A stretch of 64,000 nt of DNA from an uncultured Acidobacteriota bacterium (GTDB lineage Bacteria > Acidobacteriota > Thermoanaerobaculia > UBA5066), in assembly GCA_963779415.1 (NCBI GenBank), contig CAVZYA010000001.1, positions 288,001 to 352,000 of the forward strand. Reading direction: 5' to 3'. The position numbers and the translations under genes were made by a program. How positions within the stretch are numbered: position 1 is the first letter of the stretch; each line of letters opens with the position of its first letter. Shown piece by piece: positions 9,679 to 18,964 of this stretch. Below the pieces are notes generated by a model that was not told the DNA's origin, did no database searches, and saw only the letters and a list, made by a program, of their open reading frames with translations.

Positions 9679-10914
9679 ATGAAGAGAGTCGCGGCGGCAA
9701 TCATTTTTCTGGGAGCGCTCGGGATGGTCATTTCCGCGCCGCAGGCGTGGGCGCAGGTGAGCGTCGGCGTCAGCATCGGAGGTTTCTACGACGAGCTCTC
9801 CCCGTACGGAGAGTGGGTCGACTGCAGCTACGGGGGATGCTGGGTTCCGCGCGGCGTCGGCGCAGGCTGGCAGCCGTATACGAACGGTCAGTGGATCTAC
9901 ACGAGGTACGGGTGGACCTGGGTGTCGAATGACCCCTGGGGCGGCGATCCCTACCACTACGGCACGTGGGCCTTCGTCGACAGGTACGGCTGGGCGTGGG
10001 TTCCCGGAACGGTCTGGGCGCCGGCATGGGTGACCTGGAGTTACAGCGACAGTTACATAGGATGGGCGCCCATGCCACCTACGGTGGCTTTCGGCAGCTC
10101 CGGCTACTCCGGAAGACCCGTTGTCCTGAACGAGGCACGGTATGTCTTCGTCCCGACCAACCAATTCGTCGGCACGAACGTCACGTCGGTTCGAGTGGAA
10201 TCGCGGCGCAACGCGGAGATCTTCCGGCAGGCGAAGCCGATGACCCGATTCGGGGTCTCCGGTGGCATCGTCACGAACGAGGCCCTTCCCATGGCGACCG
10301 TCCAAAGGGCAATGGGCGGCAGGAAGATCGAGACGCGCGAGATCAGCACCGCCCATACCACGCCCCGGACGTTCTCGTCGGGCGGTACCGCCAAGAGCGG
10401 GCACGTGGCCATCGTCGCGCCGGCGCCCGAGTTGAAGGCGGCGCGCGCCTCCCGGCAGGGGGCGGCACCCCACGCGGCGACGCAAGAGCCGCAGCACCAG
10501 CAGAAGGCGAAGCCGCAGCAACAGCAGGTGCACGCGAAAACACCACCGCAAAATGCGAAGCCACAGCAGGAGCAGGCGAAGCCGCAGCAACACGCCAAGG
10601 CGCCGCCGCAGCAGCAGGAGCAGGCGAAGTCGCCGCAGCACGACGCGAAGACGCCGCAGCAGCACCAGGTGAAGACCCCGCAACAGAATGCGAAGCCACA
10701 GCAGCAGCAGGAGCAGGCGAAGCCGCCGCAACACGCCAAGGCGCCGCCGCCGCAGGAGCAGGCGAAGCCGCCGCAGCACGACGCGAAGACGCCGCCGCCG
10801 CACGAGGTGAAGACGCCGGCGCAGCAGGCGAAGCCAGTCGGCGAGGAGAAGGGTAAAGACCAGAACAAGGAGCCGAAGAAGGAGCAGCCGGGCAAGGAAG
10901 AGCCGCACGGATAG
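9679..10914 (+). CDS. Secreted DUF6600-like protein with Pro/Gln-rich repeat tail
   Basis: Signal peptide; FYDELSPYGEW, WQPYTNGQW, YGWTWVS, PYHYGTW, WVPGTVWAPAWV, IGWAPMPP; SD GGAGG before ATG 9679. Confidence 0.8.
   Translation: MKRVAAAIIFLGALGMVISAPQAWAQVSVGVSIGGFYDELSPYGEWVDCSYGGCWVPRGVGAGWQPYTNGQWIYTRYGWTWVSNDPWGGDPYHYGTWAFVDRYGWAWVPGTVWAPAWVTWSYSDSYIGWAPMPPTVAFGSSGYSGRPVVLNEARYVFVPTNQFVGTNVTSVRVESRRNAEIFRQAKPMTRFGVSGGIVTNEALPMATVQRAMGGRKIETREISTAHTTPRTFSSGGTAKSGHVAIVAPAPELKAARASRQGAAPHAATQEPQHQQKAKPQQQQVHAKTPPQNAKPQQEQAKPQQHAKAPPQQQEQAKSPQHDAKTPQQHQVKTPQQNAKPQQQQEQAKPPQHAKAPPPQEQAKPPQHDAKTPPPHEVKTPAQQAKPVGEEKGKDQNKEPKKEQPGKEEPHG
10490..10830 (+). repeat. Coding tandem repeats (QAKP/HAKA/KTP units) including an ~135-bp duplication
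   Basis: aatgcgaagccacagcag...gtgaagac occurs at ~10553-10677 and again at ~10687-10815; gagcaggcgaag recurs several times. Confidence 0.8.
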
Positions 10915-10960
10915 CTCGATCACCCCCCGGCGTGAGGCGATCTGAACGTCGCCGTGCCGT

Positions 10961-11845
10961 ATGACCGAAAGGCGAGGGATGCGACGGGTTGCTCGCGGGA
11001 TTCTGGAGTTTCTCGGCGAGACCCTCCATCGCTGTGTCCGGCACTCGGTCGATACTCAAAGCGCGGCGCTCGCGTTTTACACGCTCTTTTCGCTGGCTCC
11101 CGTACTCCTCGTCGTGGCCTCGATCGCGAGACGTCTGTTCGGCGAAGGGCGCGTTCACAGCGGGATCGCGCGTCTGTTCCAGGGTGTCATGGGCCCGGAC
11201 GCCGGCCTTGCGGTCGCCGCAGTCCTCGAGAAGGCGACAGGTCCCGGTATCGGAGCCGTTCCCGGAGGAATCGCCGGGATCGTGGCGTTCGTTCTGGGCG
11301 CGACCGCCGTCTTCCTTCAGCTCCAGGAGGCCCTGAACCGGGTATGGGAGGTCGCACCGCCGCCGGGGCCCATGTTCCGCGCGCTCTTGAAGAGGCGGTT
11401 CGTGTCGTTCGCCCTCCTGCTCGCGGTCGGCTTTCTGCTGCTCGTCTCGCTGACGTTGAGCACCGGCCTGACGGCCCTCACCAATTTCGTCGTCGCGCGC
11501 GTCCCACTCTCCGTGTCGCTCATCTCTCTGGGAAACGAGGCCCTCTTCTTTCTCGTTTTCACCGTTCTCATCGCGCTGATCTATCGAGTCCTGCCGGACG
11601 CGAATCTCAAATGGCGGGACGTCGGCATCGGTGCCGTCGTGACGTCCGTACTTTTTTCGATCGGGAAGTGGCTGGTCGGCTTTTATCTCGGGCAGACGGC
11701 GGTCGCGTCGCGGCTCGGGATCGCGGGTTCTTTCGTCGTCATCCTCCTGTGGATCTACTACGCCTCGTACGTGGTGCTCTTCGGCGCCGAGCTGACGGCC
11801 GTCTACTCGAGCCGACACGGCGTTACGGGCCGCCCGGAATCGTGA
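10961..11845 (+). CDS. YihY/virulence factor BrkB family membrane protein
   Basis: AALAFYTLFSLAP, LQEALNRVW, IYRVLPD, LLWIYYAS.VVLFGAE. Confidence 0.92.
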   Translation: MTERRGMRRVARGILEFLGETLHRCVRHSVDTQSAALAFYTLFSLAPVLLVVASIARRLFGEGRVHSGIARLFQGVMGPDAGLAVAAVLEKATGPGIGAVPGGIAGIVAFVLGATAVFLQLQEALNRVWEVAPPPGPMFRALLKRRFVSFALLLAVGFLLLVSLTLSTGLTALTNFVVARVPLSVSLISLGNEALFFLVFTVLIALIYRVLPDANLKWRDVGIGAVVTSVLFSIGKWLVGFYLGQTAVASRLGIAGSFVVILLWIYYASYVVLFGAELTAVYSSRHGVTGRPES

Positions 11846-13211
11846 ATCGGATCGACGCCGGACCCATCTTCGCGCGGAACTCTCCGTGCCGCCGGCCGGC
11901 GTTCGACCGATAGTCGCCCTCCATCGAGAAGTCGCCCGCCGAAAGTCGCAGCGACGTCAATGCGAGCCGCGACGGCCCGGCCGCGAGACGCCCCGTCACA
12001 TGGAGATCCTTGAGATCGAGAAGAATCGCGACCCACTTCGCAAGGCCGGAAGGGAGGAGCGCGACGACAGGCCTGGCGTCGCGAAGCGTTCCGGCGAGCT
12101 CTGCGTCGAACGAGCCGTCCGCGAAGAAGAGCCGCGCCGCTGGTGCGGAGAAGGTCGCGGCCCAGGGACGGGACGGGGCGTCTCCAACCGCCACGTCGGA
12201 AAGAACGACCTCTGTTCCGGCAAGCGACGCCTCGCCCCGGCGAAAGTCGACGTCGGTCGCGTGGATTTCGACCCGCGCCGAGCCTCTGATCGTGCGCTCC
12301 ACCTCGCGGACGGTCACGTCGCTCGTCCTGGCCTCCAGGCGAACCTTTCCGACACCATTCTTGAGCCCGACCCGCTCCCGAATCGAACCCGCGCCGCCGG
12401 AAAGATGAAAACCGCCCGTGTCCGGTGAAAGGAACGCGAGGCCTGCGAGATCGCCTCTCAGCTCGGATCCGCCCGACATGATCTTCCAGACGTCGTTTCC
12501 CCGATAGGCGCGCGTGTCGAAGCGCGGAAGCTCGCACCAAACGGCTCCGAAAGTCCGCTCTGCCACCTTCGAGTCGCCATGCAGCAGGTCACCCGCGGTC
12601 ACCTCCAGCCGGGCGGGGCCGACGCGTGCTTCCCGGCCCGGCAGGAGCTCGAAGCCCCCCGCGACCCTCCCGTTGCCGGTCCACTTCCATGCGTCGATCC
12701 AGATCTCCTCGACGCGCGCCACCGAGAGATCGTCGATCACGACCCGCCAGGGGCTTCCCGTGGGCTCCGCCGGAGAAGGCGTCGCCTGCAGGAGCGGCGG
12801 GTCGGCAAACCCCCCGATCCGCGGGTATCGAGCGAGACGCGCCGGGGTTGCCTCTTCCCGACGGAGCAGCTCGCGCAGCCGGAATTCGAGCTTTTGGGCC
12901 CGAACGCGAGTCGCGTGAAACCGACGTCGCAGAAGGTCCGCGAGCGACACACGAAGCTCCACGCCCTGGAGCGCGGCCTCGAATTCGGCGTTGTCGTCGT
13001 TGCTCCGGAGCGTCAGCGAGTCGAACGAGAGGTGACCAGGAAACCAGGACCTCGCGCCCCGATATTCCACGACGAGTGAGCCCGGGTCCCCGTTGACGAG
13101 ACTTCGAAGGAGGCCGGTTCGAAGGAAGACGTTCGTCGCGAGAACCACCAGTACCGCGAGGCCGAGGAGGCCCACGAGCCCCCACCCGGCCACGCGAAAT
13201 CCGCGCTTCAT
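11823..13211 (-). CDS. Hypothetical membrane-anchored beta-rich protein (possibly AsmA-like)
   Basis: N-terminal TM anchor followed by alternating hydrophobic beta-strands; starts 4 nt after the sortase stop. Confidence 0.6.
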   Translation of the reverse strand: MKRGFRVAGWGLVGLLGLAVLVVLATNVFLRTGLLRSLVNGDPGSLVVEYRGARSWFPGHLSFDSLTLRSNDDNAEFEAALQGVELRVSLADLLRRRFHATRVRAQKLEFRLRELLRREEATPARLARYPRIGGFADPPLLQATPSPAEPTGSPWRVVIDDLSVARVEEIWIDAWKWTGNGRVAGGFELLPGREARVGPARLEVTAGDLLHGDSKVAERTFGAVWCELPRFDTRAYRGNDVWKIMSGGSELRGDLAGLAFLSPDTGGFHLSGGAGSIRERVGLKNGVGKVRLEARTSDVTVREVERTIRGSARVEIHATDVDFRRGEASLAGTEVVLSDVAVGDAPSRPWAATFSAPAARLFFADGSFDAELAGTLRDARPVVALLPSGLAKWVAILLDLKDLHVTGRLAAGPSRLALTSLRLSAGDFSMEGDYRSNAGRRHGEFRAKMGPASIRFTIPGGP

Positions 13212-13215
13212 GAGT

Positions 13216-13908
13216 TCATCGGGAGACGCGCGCGACGGGCGCGCTCCTCAGGGCGCCCGACGAGCGGGTCGAGACGCCCTCCAACGAACGCGGAGAGGCG
13301 CGCACGATGAATCGGTCCGGCGCGTGCCCCACGTACCCGAACGGATAGCACGTCACGAGCGTGAGGACGGCGTCGCCGGTCGGGTCGAGAACCCGCGTCT
13401 CCTGCGCCCGGACCACCTCGGTCGAGTCCACGAGATAGTCGTAACGGCAGCCGGCCGTGCGAATCTGGATCGTGTCGTGGAGCCGGATGTGCCGAAGCGC
13501 GCGGAAAAAGGAGTCCCGGTGCCCCGCGAGGACCATGTTGCCCCGCTCACCGGGCCGCGCCGTCCCGGGGACGTGGCCCACCGCGACGCCGAGCGTCGTG
13601 TCATCGTCCCCCTCCCGCACGATCGCCGAGACGCCGATCCGCGGGATCTCGATCCGGCCGAGGACGAGCGGATCGGCATCGGGAGCCCGCGCGAACGGTC
13701 CGGTGGACGCCGACGCCGGAGGAGAGTCCGGGCCGTACGTCGGCGTCGCGGCCCGTCGCTCCATATCGGAAAAGGCGCGCCCCTGGCGCGCCTGGTAGAT
13801 TCGTGTGTTGACGATCGCCGCGAGGGCCCCGCCGAGGAGCGAGACGCCCAGGACCGAGAGGACGAGCTCGGCCCGGCGGAGCCACCGCGCGATGCTCGAC
13901 CTTGTCAC
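13216..13908 (-). CDS. Class D sortase
   Basis: N-terminal TM, GN.VLAGHRD, TLVTCYPF (catalytic Cys), DRFIVRA (Arg); GTGA overlap with the upstream gene. Confidence 0.93.
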   Translation of the reverse strand: MTRSSIARWLRRAELVLSVLGVSLLGGALAAIVNTRIYQARQGRAFSDMERRAATPTYGPDSPPASASTGPFARAPDADPLVLGRIEIPRIGVSAIVREGDDDTTLGVAVGHVPGTARPGERGNMVLAGHRDSFFRALRHIRLHDTIQIRTAGCRYDYLVDSTEVVRAQETRVLDPTGDAVLTLVTCYPFGYVGHAPDRFIVRASPRSLEGVSTRSSGALRSAPVARVSR

Positions 13909-14600
13909 GCCGCCCGGTTCGCGAACGTGCGAAGCCCGAAGGCCACGCCAAGCGACAGCACCCCGAGCGCCCCGAAAAGCGGAACGTTGCTCGCCGTCTT
14001 CGGCAGCTGCTTCGGGGGACGGGCCTCTGCCACGACGGGGGGAGCCGGCTCCGGCGCCTTCTGAACCACCGGCGCCTGGTATGGCTTCACCTGCCGCTCC
14101 GGCGTCACGACTGCGAGAGGCACGGACTTGTACTCCGCTTCCTTCGCCTTGTCCGGAATCGCGATCACGGGCTGCTTGGCGACTACCGCAAGCTCCATGG
14201 CGCGCCCCTCGGGATAGACGATGTCCTCACCGTTCTCCGCGTTGCCGGCGAACCAGGTGCGAAGAGCCTTGGTCTGACCCGCGGCGGTCGGGTAATAGAC
14301 GAAGCGGCTCTCCGGGATCATCTCGTCCCTCTGGAGCAGGTGCGGAACGGCGAGGACGGTGGCGAAGACCGTCGTCCCCTCCACGTTCGAGACCTGAACG
14401 ATGTGCCGGCTTGGTTCCTGCAGCGTCAGTCTGATGAGGTACGTTCCCGGCTGCAGGGTGACGCTCCCCACCTCGAGCGGCTCCGTTATGGTGAAGGTCG
14501 AGTGCTCGATAGCGCTTTGTGCAGATGCCACGGGCGCCATTGCGACCCCGAGGAACGTCGCGAACGTTCCCAGGGCCAGACAGGTCATCAGCTTCTTCAT
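13905..14600 (-). CDS. Secreted protein with LPXTG-type sorting signal (LPKTA), cognate sortase substrate
   Basis: Signal peptide; C-terminal LPKTAS + hydrophobic helix + basic tail (LRTFANRAA). Confidence 0.85.
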   Translation of the reverse strand: MKKLMTCLALGTFATFLGVAMAPVASAQSAIEHSTFTITEPLEVGSVTLQPGTYLIRLTLQEPSRHIVQVSNVEGTTVFATVLAVPHLLQRDEMIPESRFVYYPTAAGQTKALRTWFAGNAENGEDIVYPEGRAMELAVVAKQPVIAIPDKAKEAEYKSVPLAVVTPERQVKPYQAPVVQKAPEPAPPVVAEARPPKQLPKTASNVPLFGALGVLSLGVAFGLRTFANRAA

Positions 14601-14692
14601 TTCGGGACCTCTTTCTCTTTCTGGTTGTCGTTGCCGTTGGCCAGGTTGAGCTGTCGGAGACAGTTGAGTAACCGATGCGTCCTTCAGGTCCG

Positions 14693-14842
14693 TCAGATCG
14701 CCCTTCGTCCCTGGAAGAGGTTGAACAGGAGGACTACGACGGCGACGACGAGCAGGACATGGATGACGCCGCCCATGGTGTAGGACGTGACCATTCCGAG
14801 AGCCCAGAGGACCAGGAGGATCACGAAGAGTGTCCAGAGCAT
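14693..14842 (-). CDS. lmo0937 family (DUF5670) small membrane protein
   Basis: MLWTLFVILLVLWALGMVTSYTMGGVIHVLLVVAVVVLLFNLFQGRRAI; SD AAAGGAG. Confidence 0.9.
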   Translation of the reverse strand: MLWTLFVILLVLWALGMVTSYTMGGVIHVLLVVAVVVLLFNLFQGRRAI

Positions 14843-15032
14843 GATGTCTCCTTTCTTCCGTCTTTCATTCCGGGCCGGGAGCGGCGGGGACGGACTCCCG
14901 CCGTGCCCGAAGTGGAACCGTTGGCTCTGCTGAGGAGGCCGACGCCGAGAGGAGCCCTGTGAGGAAGAGGGCTGCTGCGAGGATCGGGACTGAGTTCTTG
15001 TTGATGGTCTGAAGTCTCCGGCTGGGACGACC

Positions 15033-15047
15033 GCAATGCCCCTGCCA
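15033..15047 (-). promoter_or_regulatory. sigma54 -24/-12 promoter of lmo0937/LPKTA/sortase unit
   Basis: TGGCAGG-GGCA-TTGC, differing by one base from the 9641 site. Confidence 0.72.
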
Positions 15048-15309
15048 GCGTTGGCGGGCTGTCTCGAGATCGTTGGCCCCGCGGGGAAGCTTTTTCGCGC
15101 CCGCGGCTTGAAAATAGTTCCGTCACACTTGAAAGAGGTGCTGGCCGGGCATTCCCGCCGGCGACACGGCCGCTCTACACGGACGTTGCCGTACGAGATC
15201 GTCATCCTTGGCGTCTACACGAATCGACGTCGGGGCCCGGCAAGGTCGCCCGGGCCACGACTTTGACTCAACTTCCGACCGGAGAGATGCTTCCGTCGTG
15301 GCCCCCCGA

Positions 15310-16971
15310 ATGCCGAGCGCGCCCGGAGCCCCGTTCCTGCGGGTTCTTTTCGTCGCGACTGACGAGGAGGACGACCTCCTGATCCGCGACCTCGTCGCGC
15401 GAATGCCGGTCCGCGTCGAGGTCGACTGGGCGCGTTCGTTCGACGCCGGATTCAGCCAGATGACCTCGCGCCGGTACGACGCCCTCCTCTTCGACGCGGA
15501 GCTGGGCGCGAGGAGCGGCATCGACCTCTTGCGCGCCTATCGCGAGGCGGGGGGCGAGGCGCCTGTCCTTCTGCTGGGTGACGTTCAAGACCGGGCGCTG
15601 GATCTCGCCGCGATGGAGAACGGAGCCGCCGGCTTTCTCGCGAAGGGCCGCCTCGACGCGGAGCTTCTCGAGCGTTCGATCCGCTACGCCGCCGAGGCGC
15701 GGCGCCATGAAATTTCACTCCGGCAGGCCCGGGAGGAGCTGCAGGAGCGGGTCGAGGAGCGCTCCGCCAGCCTCGAGACGATGAACGCCGCCCTCGAGGC
15801 GGAGGTGGCCGAGCGGCGGCGGGCCGAGCAGAAGCTCCGCGACGTCGATCGCCGGAAGAACGAGTTCCTCGCCACCCTCGCGCACGAGCTGCGCAATCCC
15901 CTCGCCCCGATCTGGCACGCGACGGAGATCCTCTCCCGCGTGGGCGACGGCGAGAAGGACCGGGGCCGCGCCGCCGAGGCGCGGAAAGTGATCGAGCGGC
16001 AGGTGACCCACCTCGTCCGCCTCATCGACGACCTTCTCGACGTCTCCCGGATCAAGCACGGGAAGGTCGGCCTCAAGCCCGAACGGGTCTCCCTCGCCTC
16101 GGTCGTGGAGAGCGCGCTCGAGGCCACGCGGCCGCTCTTTCTCAGCCGGGGCCACGCGATCGACATCGCCCTGCCCGAGGCTCCCGTCGTCCTGCACGGC
16201 GATCCGGTCCGCCTCGCGCAGATCCTCACGAACCTCCTCTCGAACGCGGCGCGGTACACCGAGCCGGGCGGCACCGTTCGCGTCGAGGCGGCCCGCGAGA
16301 GCGAAGCCGTCCTCGTTCGTGTCGTCGACTCCGGCATCGGGATCCCTGCTGCAAAGCTGGCGGACATCTTCGAGATGTTCGGCCAGGCTGCGACAGCGGA
16401 GACGGTGGGCCGCGGCGGGCTCGGGATCGGCCTGACGCTCGCGAAACAGCTCGCCGAGCTGCACGGTGGCTCCCTGAGCGCAGCGAGCGAAGGGCCGGGC
16501 CGAGGGAGCGTCTTCACGCTTCGCCTCCCGCTCGCGGCCGGCGCCGTGGCCCCGACAGAGGTCCGCCCGGCGGTGCGCCCGGCGCCCGCGGCGCCTCGGC
16601 AGATCCTGATCGTGGACGACAACGCCGACGCGGCCCGGACGCTTGCCGAACTCCTCGCTCTCGACGGTCACGAGACGCACGTGGTGTACGACGGCCCGGC
16701 GTCCGTCGAGGCGGCCCTGCGCCTGAAACCCGATGCCGCCATCGTCGACATCGGGCTTCCGGGCTTCAGCGGGCTCGAGGTCGCGCGGCGCCTCCGGCAG
16801 GAGCCGACCCTCGCCGGCCTCCTCCTGGTGGCACTGTCCGGCTGGGCGCAGATGGAAGACCGCGCCCGATCCCGGGAGGCCGGGTTCGACCACCACCTCG
16901 CCAAACCGGTGAACGTCACGACGCTCGAGCGGCTTCTCGCGCGGGAAGACGCAAAGCCCGGGACGAACTGA
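15310..16971 (+). CDS. Cytoplasmic hybrid histidine kinase (REC-HisKA-HATPase-REC)
   Basis: LAHELRNPLAP H-box, NLLSNAARY, DSGIGI, GLGIGL, C-terminal REC (IVDDN, VDIGLP, LAKPV). No TM. Start uncertain (15208-15310). Confidence 0.9.
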   Translation: MPSAPGAPFLRVLFVATDEEDDLLIRDLVARMPVRVEVDWARSFDAGFSQMTSRRYDALLFDAELGARSGIDLLRAYREAGGEAPVLLLGDVQDRALDLAAMENGAAGFLAKGRLDAELLERSIRYAAEARRHEISLRQAREELQERVEERSASLETMNAALEAEVAERRRAEQKLRDVDRRKNEFLATLAHELRNPLAPIWHATEILSRVGDGEKDRGRAAEARKVIERQVTHLVRLIDDLLDVSRIKHGKVGLKPERVSLASVVESALEATRPLFLSRGHAIDIALPEAPVVLHGDPVRLAQILTNLLSNAARYTEPGGTVRVEAARESEAVLVRVVDSGIGIPAAKLADIFEMFGQAATAETVGRGGLGIGLTLAKQLAELHGGSLSAASEGPGRGSVFTLRLPLAAGAVAPTEVRPAVRPAPAAPRQILIVDDNADAARTLAELLALDGHETHVVYDGPASVEAALRLKPDAAIVDIGLPGFSGLEVARRLRQEPTLAGLLLVALSGWAQMEDRARSREAGFDHHLAKPVNVTTLERLLAREDAKPGTN

Positions 16972-16996
16972 TTAGGGAAGGGGCGCCCAGCCCGTC

Positions 16997-17425
16997 TCAA
17001 GCCGAGGCGAGATCGTCGAGAAGCTTCGAAAGCGTGGCGACATGCTGCCGCTGACGTGGCACCAGCTCGTGCTCCACGAGATCGTGCGCCTCGCCGTCGA
17101 GCGATGGCAGCGCGGCTTCGTACTCGGCGAGGCCGCGCTCCTCGGCCTCGAGAAGCTGCCGAACGGAGACGGCGTCGCGAAGGATGGCGAAAGAGCCCCA
17201 GGTGCCCGCCTCGGCGGCCGCGACCCCTCCGAGGGCCCGAATGCAGACCTGCAAAGCCGCCACAGTCCGCTGGTGCCCGGCAGCGAACCCGAGGACTTGG
17301 ACGGAGTCGTCTCCAAGCCTGCCGTTCAGCGAACGGACGGCGTGTTGGTAGGCGCGGACCGCGGCAATCTCCGCCCGGAGAAATGCGTTGAGGCGCTCGG
17401 TCGATCGCGCGTCCGGGGGGATCAT
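16997..17425 (-). CDS. DUF2383/ferritin-like four-helix-bundle protein (paralogue 1)
   Basis: LNAFLRAEIAAVRAY...H...EAEERGLAEY...QRQH; start coupled (TGATG) to the GlsB stop. Confidence 0.75.
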   Translation of the reverse strand: MIPPDARSTERLNAFLRAEIAAVRAYQHAVRSLNGRLGDDSVQVLGFAAGHQRTVAALQVCIRALGGVAAAEAGTWGSFAILRDAVSVRQLLEAEERGLAEYEAALPSLDGEAHDLVEHELVPRQRQHVATLSKLLDDLASA

Positions 17426-17697
17426 CAGCGGCGCCTGAACAGGTGGACGACCGCGACGAAGAGGGCGGACCCGATGACCGACCAGAGAACCGGGAAGGCC
17501 TGCCCCGCGACATGGAGCACGATCGGCTCCGGGAGCTTCATCTGGCGTGCGATCCAGGAGCCGAGGAGCGCGCCGATGAACCCGAGGACGATCGAGACGA
17601 GGCACCCGCCTCGAGTGCCGCCCGCAATGGAGCTCCCGATGGCGCCGCAGATCGCGGCGATGATGATCAGAAGAAGGATTTGAGGTATGGAAATCAT
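17425..17697 (-). CDS. GlsB/YeaQ/YmgE (transglycosylase-associated) stress membrane protein
   Basis: 90 aa; SIVLGFIGALLGSWIA, WSVIGSALFV. Confidence 0.88.
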   Translation of the reverse strand: MISIPQILLLIIIAAICGAIGSSIAGGTRGGCLVSIVLGFIGALLGSWIARQMKLPEPIVLHVAGQAFPVLWSVIGSALFVAVVHLFRRR

Positions 17698-17710
17698 GCC
17701 CCCGGGACAA

Positions 17711-17725
17711 GCATTTCGGATGCCA
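17711..17725 (-). promoter_or_regulatory. sigma54 -24/-12 promoter of glsB-like/DUF2383 unit
   Basis: TGGCATC-CGAA-ATGC, 13 nt upstream of the ATG (near-leaderless). Confidence 0.65.
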
Positions 17726-17833
17726 GTGACCCCCCGGGCGCTCCCCGCCGGAAAGCCCGGTCGAGGGACGCACGAATTGTAGAAAGCGCTTGCCTCGAAT
17801 GGACGCTTTTCAGGGCCGCCACGGGCTGGCCTT

Positions 17834-18535
17834 TCATTTCTCGTCGACGGGCCTGCGCGACGAGATCAGGTTCGGGTAGGCGCTGCCGAAGAATTTGAAG
17901 AGTTCCTCGACCTTCGCGTCCTCCCCCTGCCGCCATCCGACGTCGCGGAAGCGGTACTCCTCGCTCTTCGTCTTCACGACCCACTCGAAGCACTCGTTTC
18001 CTCCGGACTTTTTGAGGCAGGTGAGCTGCTGCTCGGTCATCTGCACAGCCGGAATGAGGAGGTTCTTCCCCGCATCCCTGGAGTCCATCCAGCGAAGCGA
18101 CGCATCCTTGAACTCGAGGACCCCGGCGTCCCACCGGCCCTTGAACATGACGAGCCCGGAGTTCCTGCGCGTAAGGCCGTCCCATCGGCGGGAGGCACCG
18201 GGGCCGGGAGTCGTTTGCGCCAAGGTCGCGGCCGCTTCGGTTTCCGCTCGCCGATGGGTAATCGACGTGATGAGGGTCTCGGGGACGCCGGCGTTCCGGA
18301 GTCGCACGACGTCTGCGGCCGTCAGGTCCCGGGCGAGATCCGAGCGGGAGACGTACTTGTCGATGAACTCCTCGGAGAGGTTGGCTCTCCAGAGCTTGAT
18401 GATGTCCTCGACCAGGACGGAGTTCGCCGAGGGCGCCACCGCCGTGGTGGGGGGGTCCTCCGGTTCCGCCGCGATCCGGACGGCTACTTCTGACGTCGCC
18501 GCCACGAGAGCGAGGGCTACAACGAGCATCTTCAT
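17834..18535 (-). CDS. Hypothetical secreted protein
   Basis: Signal-like N-terminus, LTAADVVRLRNAGVPE.LI helical motif, SD GGGAGG. Confidence 0.7.
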   Translation of the reverse strand: MKMLVVALALVAATSEVAVRIAAEPEDPPTTAVAPSANSVLVEDIIKLWRANLSEEFIDKYVSRSDLARDLTAADVVRLRNAGVPETLITSITHRRAETEAAATLAQTTPGPGASRRWDGLTRRNSGLVMFKGRWDAGVLEFKDASLRWMDSRDAGKNLLIPAVQMTEQQLTCLKKSGGNECFEWVVKTKSEEYRFRDVGWRQGEDAKVEELFKFFGSAYPNLISSRRPVDEK

Positions 18536-18568
18536 GGGGGGACCTCCCGTTTTCTCACGTCAGGTACC

Positions 18569-18583
18569 GCAAGGATCGGGCCC
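18569..18583 (-). promoter_or_regulatory. Putative sigma54 promoter of 17834-18535 gene
   Basis: GGGCCCG-ATCC-TTGC with correct GG-N10-GC spacing, 33 nt upstream of the ATG. Confidence 0.5.
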
Positions 18584-18649
18584 GCGCCGACCGGGTTCGC
18601 GGGCCCACGAACAAGATGACTTCCAGGACACGGCCTCTCGGGAGCCGGG

Positions 18650-18853
18650 CTACTTGCTGATGGCCTTACCGATATTCGTAAAGACCTTGCCGACTTTGTC
18701 GTACGCCTTGCTGAGCCCCTCCTCGACCGCACCCTGGGCGCGTTGAAGGGAACCCTCATGCTCCATCTTCTTGTTGCCGGAGAGGATCCCGACGGCCTCT
18801 TTCACCTTCCCCTTGGCTTTCTTCACTTTTCCGCTGACTTCCTGCTTTCTCAT
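18650..18853 (-). CDS. csbD: CsbD family stress protein
   Basis: GKVKKAKGKVKEAVG..SGN..MEHEG..QRAQG; SD AAAGGAG. Confidence 0.88.
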   Translation of the reverse strand: MRKQEVSGKVKKAKGKVKEAVGILSGNKKMEHEGSLQRAQGAVEEGLSKAYDKVGKVFTNIGKAISK

Positions 18854-18885
18854 GGGTTCTCCTTTCCGTTCCGCCAGAGAGAACT

Positions 18886-18900
18886 GCACGTGGCATGCCA
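18886..18900 (-). promoter_or_regulatory. sigma54 -24/-12 promoter of csbD
   Basis: TGGCATG-CCAC-GTGC(A). Confidence 0.7.
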
Positions 18901-18922
18901 TGCGTAGCACTCTTTCCCTCAC

Positions 18923-18937
18923 CGGCACGGGAGTTGC
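18923..18937 (+). promoter_or_regulatory. sigma54 -24/-12 promoter of DUF883-like gene (back-to-back with csbD promoter)
   Basis: CGGCACG-GGAG-TTGC. Confidence 0.72.
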
Positions 18938-18964
18938 GTGGCCTCACCCGCACAAGGAGGCACC

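Noticed and set aside
10490-10830. Repeat array as possible CRISPR
   Set aside because: In-frame coding repeats with no unique spacers and no cas genes.
10104-10895. Poly-Cys 'CCGGFACSCC' ORF resembling a metallothionein or RiPP
   Set aside because: It is the antisense reading of the CAG-rich Pro/Gln repeats of the DUF6600 gene.
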